From an uncultured delta proteobacterium (GTDB lineage: Bacteria > Desulfobacterota > Binatia > UBA9968), in contig CAWFJP010000029.1 of NCBI GenBank assembly GCA_963816145.1, positions 64,001-128,000 of the forward strand: a DNA stretch of 64,000 nucleotides, written 5' to 3'. Positions 56,649-64,000 of the stretch are shown piece by piece (positions within the stretch are counted from its first letter, which is position 1; each line of letters starts with the position of its first letter). The notes under the pieces were generated by a model. That model saw only the letters and a list, made by a program, of their open reading frames with translations, had not been told where the DNA came from and made no database searches. Made by a program: the position numbers and the translations under genes.

Positions 56649-57386
56649 ATGGCAAGCAACGACAGCAAAAAACTGTCCGGCAAAGTTGCGTTGATCACCG
56701 GCGGCAGCCGCGGCATTGGCCGTGCGATCGCCGGTGCCTACGCCGATCAGGGCGCCGAAGTATTTATCTGCGGGCGTAACCCTCGCGACCTCACGCGTGC
56801 GATCGAGGAGATTCGCCTTGCCGGCGGGGTAATCGACGGCACCAGCGGCGATATCGCTGAGCCTGCCGATGTGCAGCGCATTGTCCAACAGGCGGTTGCG
56901 CGATTCGGCACCATTGACGTATTGGTGAACAACGCCAGCTTGCTCGGACCACGAGTAACCATTGCCACTTATGAATTTGCCGCTTGGCGGGAGGTCATGG
57001 GCACCAATCTCAATGGGTTATTCCTGGTGACCCGTGAGGTGCTGCCGATCATGTTGGCGCGGCGTTCCGGTGCAATCATCAATCTCACCTCGGGGGTGGG
57101 ACGGGTCGGCAAAGCCCGGTGGGGCGCCTACGCGGTCTCGAAAGCGGCGTTGGAGGGCTTCACGCAGGTGCTTGCCGATGAAGTGCGTGCGGAGGGGATC
57201 CGGGTAAATTCAGTCAATCCAGCGGCAACCAGAACTAAAATGCGGGCCGAAGCTTATCCCGCGGAAGACCCAATGACGCTGCCTACCCCAGAGTCGATTA
57301 TGCCGATCTTTGTTTATCTGGCTTCGGACGAGTCCGCCGAAGTTTCCGGTCAGGCGTTGAACGCGCGGGAGTGGCTCGTTAAATGA
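56649..57386 (+). CDS. SDR oxidoreductase
   Basis: TGGSRGIG, NNA, YAVSK. Confidence 0.92.
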   Translation: MASNDSKKLSGKVALITGGSRGIGRAIAGAYADQGAEVFICGRNPRDLTRAIEEIRLAGGVIDGTSGDIAEPADVQRIVQQAVARFGTIDVLVNNASLLGPRVTIATYEFAAWREVMGTNLNGLFLVTREVLPIMLARRSGAIINLTSGVGRVGKARWGAYAVSKAALEGFTQVLADEVRAEGIRVNSVNPAATRTKMRAEAYPAEDPMTLPTPESIMPIFVYLASDESAEVSGQALNAREWLVK

Positions 57387-57425
57387 ATTGAAGTCTCTGA
57401 AAGATTCCTGTAAAGATCGGCCACT

Positions 57426-58526
57426 ATGCCAGGAGTACAAGGTAAAAAGACTGAAAACTCTATCTATTGGAATGCTGCCGAAGTGGCTTCGATGCTGTCT
57501 GCTCGATTCAGCACCATCGTCGACCTCGCGTCTCGGCGGCGTCAATTTATTACTAAAATTTTGTTTTTTGTTTACGCTCTTTTTCTCGGCTCGGCCCAGG
57601 CCCAGGAGCTAAAAAAGATCAAGATCGGTTATCCGGCAATATCCTACAATCAAATTCACATTTGGATCGCCAAGGACGCGGGAATTTACCGGCGGCATGG
57701 GCTCGACGTCGAGGTGATTTTTTTTCGCGGCGGGCAAATGGCGACACAGGCTCTGGTCGCCGGCGATCCGCCGATCGTCAATATCGGCACCGTGGTGCCG
57801 GCCGGCCTGCAGGGCCATGACATTGTTTTGATCGCGTCGTCGGAATCGGCGTATAACTATTCAGTGGTCGCCAAACCGGCGATTACTCGGGTCGAACAGC
57901 TGAAGGGCAAGAACTTGGGCGTCAGCGGATTTGGCTCGGCGTCTCATAATGCCGCGTTGATTCTGCTGAAAAAATTCAACCTGGAAGCGGGCAAAGATGT
58001 TGCCCTGGTAGTGGCGGGCCCAACTATGGAGCGGCTAAGTGCGGTCGACGCCGGTCGCATTGACGCGACGATTCTCACGCCGTCGGAAATGCCGCGGGCG
58101 AAAAGGCAGGGTTTGATCGAAGTGTACGACATGCTGGAGCTCGGTATCGAGGTGCAGGGAAATGGCTTCGCTACTTCGCGCGGCTTTATTCGCAGCCAGC
58201 GGGAGACCGCGTTGAGCGCGCTGCGCTCCTACGTCGAGGCGATTTACTTTATCGGCAAGAATAAGGATGAGTCCAAACGCATTGCCGGCAAGTATATGCG
58301 CACCAACGAACAGGATGTGCTCGAGGCGACCTATGACTGGTTCGTCAAGCGGGTGGCCAAACGACCTTACCCGACCTTGAAAGGCATTCAGTATATCCTC
58401 GACGAGTTGGCGCCAAAGGTGCCCCAGGCCAAAACCGCCAAGCCGGAACAGTTCGTCGATCTGAGCCTATTGCAGCAGTTGGAGAAGGAAGGGTTCTTCA
58501 CCGAGATGGCGAAACGTTACCAGTAG
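57426..58526 (+). CDS. NMT1/SsuA-type substrate-binding protein
   Basis: AQAQELKKIKIGY, HGLDVE, LKGKNLGV; true start probably downstream of the called one. Confidence 0.82.
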   Translation: MPGVQGKKTENSIYWNAAEVASMLSARFSTIVDLASRRRQFITKILFFVYALFLGSAQAQELKKIKIGYPAISYNQIHIWIAKDAGIYRRHGLDVEVIFFRGGQMATQALVAGDPPIVNIGTVVPAGLQGHDIVLIASSESAYNYSVVAKPAITRVEQLKGKNLGVSGFGSASHNAALILLKKFNLEAGKDVALVVAGPTMERLSAVDAGRIDATILTPSEMPRAKRQGLIEVYDMLELGIEVQGNGFATSRGFIRSQRETALSALRSYVEAIYFIGKNKDESKRIAGKYMRTNEQDVLEATYDWFVKRVAKRPYPTLKGIQYILDELAPKVPQAKTAKPEQFVDLSLLQQLEKEGFFTEMAKRYQ

Positions 58527-58571
58527 CGATCACGCCAATTCACATTCTAAACCTGAACTGAGGGGGGCGGT

Positions 58572-59075
58572 ATGAATCTCAAGATCGGTCAGAAATTTCC
58601 CGACATCGAGTTGTCCGACCAGGAAAACCAGCCGGCGAAGTTGTCCGAGCTGGTCGGCAAGTTTCCCTTCGTCCTGGCGTTCTACCGCGGCTATTGGTGA
58701 GCCAAATGCCAGGTGCAGTTGCGCCAATACGTTGAATTTCAAAAGGAGCTGGCGGTGAGCTACTGCCACCTCGCCGTGTGCAGTGTCGATTCGCCGGATG
58801 TCAACGATGCGTTTCGTACCGGCTTGGGCGCGCAGTTTCCCTTCTTGAGCGACCAAGAGCGCAAGGTCGTAAAGATGCTCGACATGACCGAGACCTCCAA
58901 AAGCAGGGGAGTGACCGCCATGCCGCACACTTTCGCACTGCTGCCGGACCTGACGATTCACAACATCCACAACGGCTACTGGTATTGGGGCCGGCCGACG
59001 CTCGAAGAGTTGCGCGTCGACTTCCGCGCCATGCTGCGCAAGGTCCGCCCCGACTTCGAAGGTCCGGTGGGATAA
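58572..59075 (+). CDS. AhpC/TSA-like redoxin selenoprotein (UxxC; UGA at 58698-58700)
   Basis: MNLKIGQKFPDIELSD..FYRGYW-TGA-AKC is in frame with ORF 58713-59075. Confidence 0.88.
58712..58725 (+). promoter_or_regulatory. candidate SECIS hairpin
   Basis: ggtgc-agtt-gcgcc, loop about 17 nt after the UGA; short stem. Confidence 0.45.
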
Positions 59076-59135
59076 CCCGACACAAGTTCAATAGGCGCAG
59101 TTGCAAGCGGGCTTGGTTGCCGGTAAGCTTTTCTT

Positions 59136-59390
59136 ATGATTAGCCCTGAGGAAATCAAAGATACTCTAGCGAAGGCGTTGCCGGTATCGCTGGTCGAGAC
59201 CCAAGACTTGACCGGCGGCGGCGATCATTGGCAATTGATTATTGTATCGGCGGCCTTTGACGGCAAAGGTTTGCTGGAACAACATCGCATGGTCAATGAG
59301 GTGCTCAAGGAGCCGTTGGCGGACCAGCGGATTCATGCGCTGTCGCTCAAGACCTATAGTCCGGCACAATGGGAGAAGTTGGGGGCCTAA
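59136..59390 (+). CDS. bolA: BolA/IbaG family protein
   Basis: GGDHW, QHRMV, IHALSLKT. Confidence 0.92.
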   Translation: MISPEEIKDTLAKALPVSLVETQDLTGGGDHWQLIIVSAAFDGKGLLEQHRMVNEVLKEPLADQRIHALSLKTYSPAQWEKLGA

Positions 59391-59418
59391 TTCCAACTGG
59401 AAATAAGGAGAAATGATT

Positions 59419-59742
59419 ATGGCAGAAGATGTGATCAGCAAAATCGACGAGAAAGTTAAGAACAACAAGGTGTTTGTCTATATGAAGGGCACGCCGGATT
59501 TCCCTCAGTGCGGCTTTTCGGCGCACACCGTCGAAATTCTCAAATCCTACGGCTTCCCCTTCGCCAGCGATGACGTACTGGCCGACTCGGCTGTGCGCGA
59601 GGGTATCAAGCGCTACTCGAATTGGCCGACGATTCCGCAGGTTTACATCGACGGCAAGTTCGTCGGCGGCTGCGACATCTTGCACGAGTTGCACGAGCGC
59701 GGCGAGCTCGAACCGATGCTCAAGGCCGCTTTCTCCAAGTAA
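59419..59742 (+). CDS. grxD: monothiol glutaredoxin
   Basis: MKGTP..PQCGFS, WPTIPQ, GGCD. Confidence 0.96.
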   Translation: MAEDVISKIDEKVKNNKVFVYMKGTPDFPQCGFSAHTVEILKSYGFPFASDDVLADSAVREGIKRYSNWPTIPQVYIDGKFVGGCDILHELHERGELEPMLKAAFSK

Positions 59743-59746
59743 GTAG

Positions 59747-59784
59747 AAAAAAAGCCCCGTATCGCTAAGATTCGGGGCTTTTTT
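59747..59784 (+). terminator. rho-independent terminator
   Basis: aaaaaaagccccg..cggggctttttt. Confidence 0.85.
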
Positions 59785-59807
59785 GCGTCTAAACGTCGAA
59801 TAGGAGG

Positions 59808-60218
59808 GTGAGTCACATGAGAAGTCGTCTCGCCATAGTCGGTATTGCCGTAAGTTTGGCTCTGCTCACGTCCTGTTCGTCGCTCGGCCGCTGGGGCTCG
59901 AAACACGACGTTTTTGAAACCGGATTGACGCTTTTTAACCAGGGCCGCTTCGCTGATGCGATTCCCTATCTCGAAGACGCAACCCATGACAATCCCAGGG
60001 ATGCTCAGGCCTATCTCTATCTTGGCCGCGCCTATATTAGCCAGAGCAAATGGCGCAAGGCCATACCGCCGTTACGTACCGCCTTTCGCTTGTCGCCGCG
60101 AGATGCTCAAGAGGAGATCATCAATTTGATTATCGACGCCGGGTTTGCCGCGGCGATCAACGATTTCAAACTGGGCGACATTCTCGATTCACCGCGCCGT
60201 TCCAAGGAGCTGCTATAG
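59808..60218 (+). CDS. TPR-containing putative lipoprotein
   Basis: LLTSC lipobox-like; TPR AYLYLGRAY. Confidence 0.7.
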   Translation: MSHMRSRLAIVGIAVSLALLTSCSSLGRWGSKHDVFETGLTLFNQGRFADAIPYLEDATHDNPRDAQAYLYLGRAYISQSKWRKAIPPLRTAFRLSPRDAQEEIINLIIDAGFAAAINDFKLGDILDSPRRSKELL

Positions 60219-60269
60219 CGCTGCGGCTCGTAGCCAATCAGTTCCGCAACAACTTTAGAGGAGATCGAA

Positions 60270-60995
60270 ATGACCAAAGTGTGGTTGGCGGTATTATTTT
60301 TCCTACTGGCGGTGAATCCAGCGGCGGCACAGTTCGACAAGTTGTTAAAAGATCTTGGCGGTAATCTGCCGAGCATGGGCGGATTGAGCGATGCCAAGGT
60401 AGGTTCCGGTCTTCAAGAGGCCCTCAAGGTCGGCACCGAGAACGCCGTCACTCAGACCAGCTCGGTCGACGGATTCTTGTTGAACAAGGCGATCAAGATC
60501 CTCATGCCCAAACCGCTGCAGTCCATGGAAAAACCTCTGCGCCTGGTCGGCTACGGCCCGCAGATCGACGAGTTCGTAGTCGGCATGAACCGGGCGGCGG
60601 AAAAGGCCGTGCCGTTCGCTAAGGATATCTTCTGGGCCGCCATCGGCGAGATGACTTTCGACGATGCGCGCCAGATTCTCAATGGCGGCGATACCGCGGC
60701 GACCGATTACTTCAAAGCGAAGACATCCAAAAAGCTGCAGGCTGCGTTCAAGCCGTCGGTTACCGAGGTGATGGATCAGGTCGGCGTCAACCAGCAGTAC
60801 AATGCCCTGGTCAGCAAGTATCATGACGTGCCGTTCTCCAAGAGCATTGCCTTCGACGTAAACCAGTATGTCACCGAAAAAACCACCGACGGCATCTTCT
60901 ACGTCGTCGGCCAGGAAGAGAAAAAGATCAGAACCAATCCGGCGGCGCGGGTGACGGATCTGTTGAAGGAAGTATTCGGCAGCAGAAAAAAGTAG
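60270..60995 (+). CDS. DUF4197 family exported protein
   Basis: [36 protein letters not shown]. Confidence 0.88.
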   Translation: MTKVWLAVLFFLLAVNPAAAQFDKLLKDLGGNLPSMGGLSDAKVGSGLQEALKVGTENAVTQTSSVDGFLLNKAIKILMPKPLQSMEKPLRLVGYGPQIDEFVVGMNRAAEKAVPFAKDIFWAAIGEMTFDDARQILNGGDTAATDYFKAKTSKKLQAAFKPSVTEVMDQVGVNQQYNALVSKYHDVPFSKSIAFDVNQYVTEKTTDGIFYVVGQEEKKIRTNPAARVTDLLKEVFGSRKK

Positions 60996-61022
60996 CCTTC
61001 ATCTGTATTCTCGTCAGCGAAA

Positions 61023-61055
61023 AAACGGGCGAGTGAATTATTCACTCGCCCGTTT
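61023..61055. terminator. bidirectional terminator hairpin
   Basis: aaacgggcgagtgaat-t-attcactcgcccgttt between convergent genes. Confidence 0.8.
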
Positions 61056-61078
61056 GCGTTCTTGGGTCCGATCGCCGC

Positions 61079-61805
61079 TCAATTAGCCAACGATGCCATC
61101 AGCCTGCCGTAACCCGTCACTTCCTGTTTGACCTTCGCCATCTGCAACGCGTGCCAGATATAAGCTTGTGAGCTAGTGATCACCGGCTTGCCAAGTTCCC
61201 GTTCCAGCAAATCCACGTCGGTGATCGTCGGCCAGCGTGGGCAGGGGACGAAAACGCCGTCGGCGTCGGGCGCCGACTCGTAGAGTCGCTTGGCGATCTT
61301 ATACGCCGCATGCTCGTCCATGTCGGTGATGTCGGCATTTTTGCGAACGCCATAACCTTTGATTTTTAGCACTTTGAAGCCAGAGGCTTCGAGGAACGCT
61401 TTCATGCGCTCGTTGAGCGTGTCTTCATGCGGCGTGGCGACCACGAGCTGTTCGATACCGAGGGATTTGAGAGCTCGGATCTCGCCGGTGATGCCTGGAG
61501 ATACCGGCACACCGTACTTGTCGCTCAAGCCGCTTGCCCATCTCGATGTCGCTGCCGTAACCCAACTTGGTGAACAGCGGCGAACCGCCGATGATCACCG
61601 AATCGCACTTGTTGTCGACCAGGTCTGCCGCCGCTTCTTCGATGCGCTGCAGCTGCCGCTCCAAGTCGGCGTCGACCAATTGGCGGATCGTGCCGGTGCT
61701 GTTGAGCATCATAAAGCCCGCGGGCATCATCTGATAGAATTCATAGACTAATGTGTCGCCGCGCGACGGCGCGACATGGCCGATTCTCACTCTCCATCCG
61801 TACAT
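61079..61805 (-). pseudogene. arylmalonate decarboxylase/maleate isomerase family, frameshift near 61530
   Basis: MYGWRVRIG N-terminus (61425-61805) joins ATPH..FLEASG..VPCPRW..KPVITSSQA (61079-61528) after removing one base. Confidence 0.75.
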
Positions 61806-61951
61806 CTCTTACCTCCTCACTACCAATTGTACTATGTTCGAAATTATCAACCTTGTTCGATCTGTTTTAGTGGCTTGCTAGTTTTCGTTCCAATCGTTTC
61901 AGCCGTTCAAAATGGTCCAATCGTTGGGGAAAAAATACATACTCGGAATCT

Positions 61952-62701
61952 TCACCAGTTCAGCCAGGCGCCATTTACGTGAATGGTTTGGCCGGTGATG
62001 TAATCGTTCTCGTCCTGGACCAAGAAGTTCGCCGCGCTGGCGATGTTTTCCGGTTTGCCGGCGTGGCCCATGGGGATCTGCGCTTCTGCGGCGGCCCAGG
62101 CTTCGTCCGAGTAGTGGCCGCGCACGGCGGGGGTGGTGATCCGTCCCGGCGCGATGGCGTTGATGTTGAGGCCGTCTTTGACATGTTCCAGCGCGATAGA
62201 TTTTGTAAAAACCGCGACGCCGGCTTTGGCGGCGGCGTAGCTCGATCTCGTGGCGTTGCCGGCGAATCCATAAATCGACGAGATGCTGACGATCTTGCCG
62301 TACTTGGCTTTGAGCATCGTCGGCAGGACCGCCTGAGAGCACAGAAACACGGATTTTAAATTCATATTGACGATCCGGTCCCAGTCTTCGGCGCTCATAT
62401 CGACAACGTTTTTGCGCTGCGCGCCGCCGGCGACGTTGACCAAGATATCGATCTTGCCCCAGCGGTCGAGGGTGGCTTTGACCATCGCCTGCACGGAGTT
62501 TTTGTTGGTCACGTCGCTGGTGATGGCCATGGCGTCGGTGCCGCGGTCGGCGACTTCTTTGACGCGCGCATGAGCCGCCTCCGGGTTGATATCGGCGACC
62601 GCCAGCTTGGCGCCTTCTCGGGCGAAGCGTTGCACGATGGCGCCGCCGATGCCGCCTCCGCCGCCGGTGACGATGGCTACTTTGTTATCGATATTTCCCA
62701 T
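61952..62701 (-). CDS. SDR oxidoreductase (FabG-like)
   Basis: TGGGGGIG, YAAAK, ITGQTIHVNG. Confidence 0.92.
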   Translation of the reverse strand: MGNIDNKVAIVTGGGGGIGGAIVQRFAREGAKLAVADINPEAAHARVKEVADRGTDAMAITSDVTNKNSVQAMVKATLDRWGKIDILVNVAGGAQRKNVVDMSAEDWDRIVNMNLKSVFLCSQAVLPTMLKAKYGKIVSISSIYGFAGNATRSSYAAAKAGVAVFTKSIALEHVKDGLNINAIAPGRITTPAVRGHYSDEAWAAAEAQIPMGHAGKPENIASAANFLVQDENDYITGQTIHVNGAWLNW

Positions 62702-63302
62702 GAGATTCCCTCCGTCGTTGGTTGTCTCCTTTCGAAAGGTAGTTAAACAGTTCGTCGAGATCTTGGATGCGTTGTACTTTGGGATGAGCGAAGGACTGAT
62801 TGTACGGCCGGTGCGGCATCATGACGACCGCTTCGGTTTGAGTCGCCACGTCCTCGCAGTTTTCATGGCGGTCGTCGACGAAGAGTTCGACGTTCATTTG
62901 CTTGACCAGCTGAGACTTCAAGTCCTGGGTGAAGTGAACCACCGGATCGTCGACGCCATGGCGGCGCAGCCACTCGCAGGTCACATGGTTGATATCGTAA
63001 GTGTCGCGCACCCAACGGTGGGTGATAAAGACGACTTCATGATCGCGGCTTATTTCGTTGAGCGACTGCCACTGCTCCGCTGACGGCAGCGGCGTGAGCA
63101 CGCGCCAGAACTCTGGATCGTAGGAAGCGTCGACCATGCAGTCGTAAATAATTTCCTTGGTCAAAAACGGATGATGTTGAAAGTTGGGATCGGTGATCGA
63201 CACGGGATCGATGGACGGGCCACCGACGCGCCGTTCGAGCACTTGCAAAAACGGCGTGACAAAATCCGCCAGTACACCGTCGATATCCAAGCCAATCTTC
63301 AT
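62685..63302 (-). CDS. HAD-family 5'-nucleotidase-like protein
   Basis: IGLDIDGVLAD, FITHR, FVDD, PYN. Confidence 0.8.
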   Translation of the reverse strand: MKIGLDIDGVLADFVTPFLQVLERRVGGPSIDPVSITDPNFQHHPFLTKEIIYDCMVDASYDPEFWRVLTPLPSAEQWQSLNEISRDHEVVFITHRWVRDTYDINHVTCEWLRRHGVDDPVVHFTQDLKSQLVKQMNVELFVDDRHENCEDVATQTEAVVMMPHRPYNQSFAHPKVQRIQDLDELFNYLSKGDNQRRRESHGKYR

Positions 63303-63359
63303 CGAGCCACAATCTAGGCAAAATGGTTGAATGCGTCAACCGCAGCTCGGATTATCTCG

Positions 63360-63462
63360 CGCAAAGACGCAAAGGGCGCAAAGTTCGGGGAAAACTGTTT
63401 AGACGAATTTGCTAGCCTTAATGTCTTTCGGTTTTGAATTTAGCGTCTTTGCGCCTTTGCCG
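63360..63462. repeat. inverted CGCAAAG 9-nt repeat array
   Basis: cgcaaagacgcaaagggcgcaaag ... tttagcgtctttgcgcctttgc. Confidence 0.75.
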
Positions 63463-63624
63463 GAGAACAATCCGAATCCGATGGTCATCCAATTCACAAG
63501 CAATATGGTCGCTCCGCTCGTGCCCAGTGCGATTAGATTCGTTTGACTGCCGGCGACAGACTTGGGTAATCTCCAGGGTGAGCCGGCTAAGCGGCCAGAA
63601 ATGCCAATTCATAGGAGGAAAAAA

Positions 63625-63915
63625 ATGATATCGCAGATTCGCATTTACACGATCAACAAGGGTGAGATGGATAATTTTCTCAAGCACTTCAAAGAGGATA
63701 TCGTTAGCCTGCATCAAAAGATCGGCGTGCCCATCGTGGGTACCTGGGTAAACCGGCCGCAAAACGAATTCATCTGGGTCCGCAGCTACAAAGACAAGGC
63801 CGAACTCGAAGCCAAGAACAAAGAGTTTCAGGCCGCCGTCGCGGCCGCCGGAATCAAGCTCGGCGGCAACGTAGCCAAGATGGAAGTGCGCGAGGTCGAG
63901 TCCGCGTTTGCGTAG
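63625..63915 (+). CDS. NIPSNAP family protein
   Basis: QIRIYTI, IVGTW, FIWVRSY; AGGAGG RBS. Confidence 0.75.
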   Translation: MISQIRIYTINKGEMDNFLKHFKEDIVSLHQKIGVPIVGTWVNRPQNEFIWVRSYKDKAELEAKNKEFQAAVAAAGIKLGGNVAKMEVREVESAFA

Positions 63916-64000
63916 AAGCGGGGTCGAGGCGGGTTGCTTGATTGCGAATCAAAGGAACTAGCGGATATCTAAGATTGAACTGTATTCTACATCTAACCGA

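Overview
Bacterial chromosomal window, GC-rich (roughly 60% by eye). Gene order and the many stand-alone NMT1/SsuA-type binding proteins suggest a deltaproteobacteria-like lineage, possibly Binatia (inference only). (1) 1-22.5 kb: housekeeping run tilS-ftsH-folP-cdaA-cdaR-glmM-pdxJ-nnr-[~5 kb island]-tsaE-lysC-cimA-cysE-mnmA-mtaB-rnc. The island holds a DUF433/DUF5615 toxin-antitoxin pair, a glycosyltransferase pseudogene split by an IS with clear TIRs and target duplication, and a low-GC ORF. (2) 22.5-37 kb: accessory metabolism, including an atypical SdhA-like flavoprotein with a single-domain 2Fe-2S partner, an anSME radical SAM enzyme and a non-canonical glycine/betaine-reductase-like module (UGA-Sec GrdB, two GrdE-like paralogs, binding proteins, no grdA/C/D in the window). 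(3) 37-53 kb: an apparent sigma-54 regulon. Four GG-N10-GC promoters are each preceded by a TTCTCA-N4-TGAGAA-like palindrome and lie upstream of CBS, BoxB-like/cupin (followed by cytochrome oxidase), ferritin-like and USP genes, around an enhancer-binding protein that lacks a sensor domain. (4) 53-64 kb: mixed genes, including a second hidden selenoprotein (UxxC redoxin) next to bolA-grxD. Intergenic spaces carry 7/9-nt periodic inverted repeats and MITE-like elements. Several single-base frameshifts (mnmA and others) may be assembly errors. All calls come from motif recognition by eye; no searches were run.
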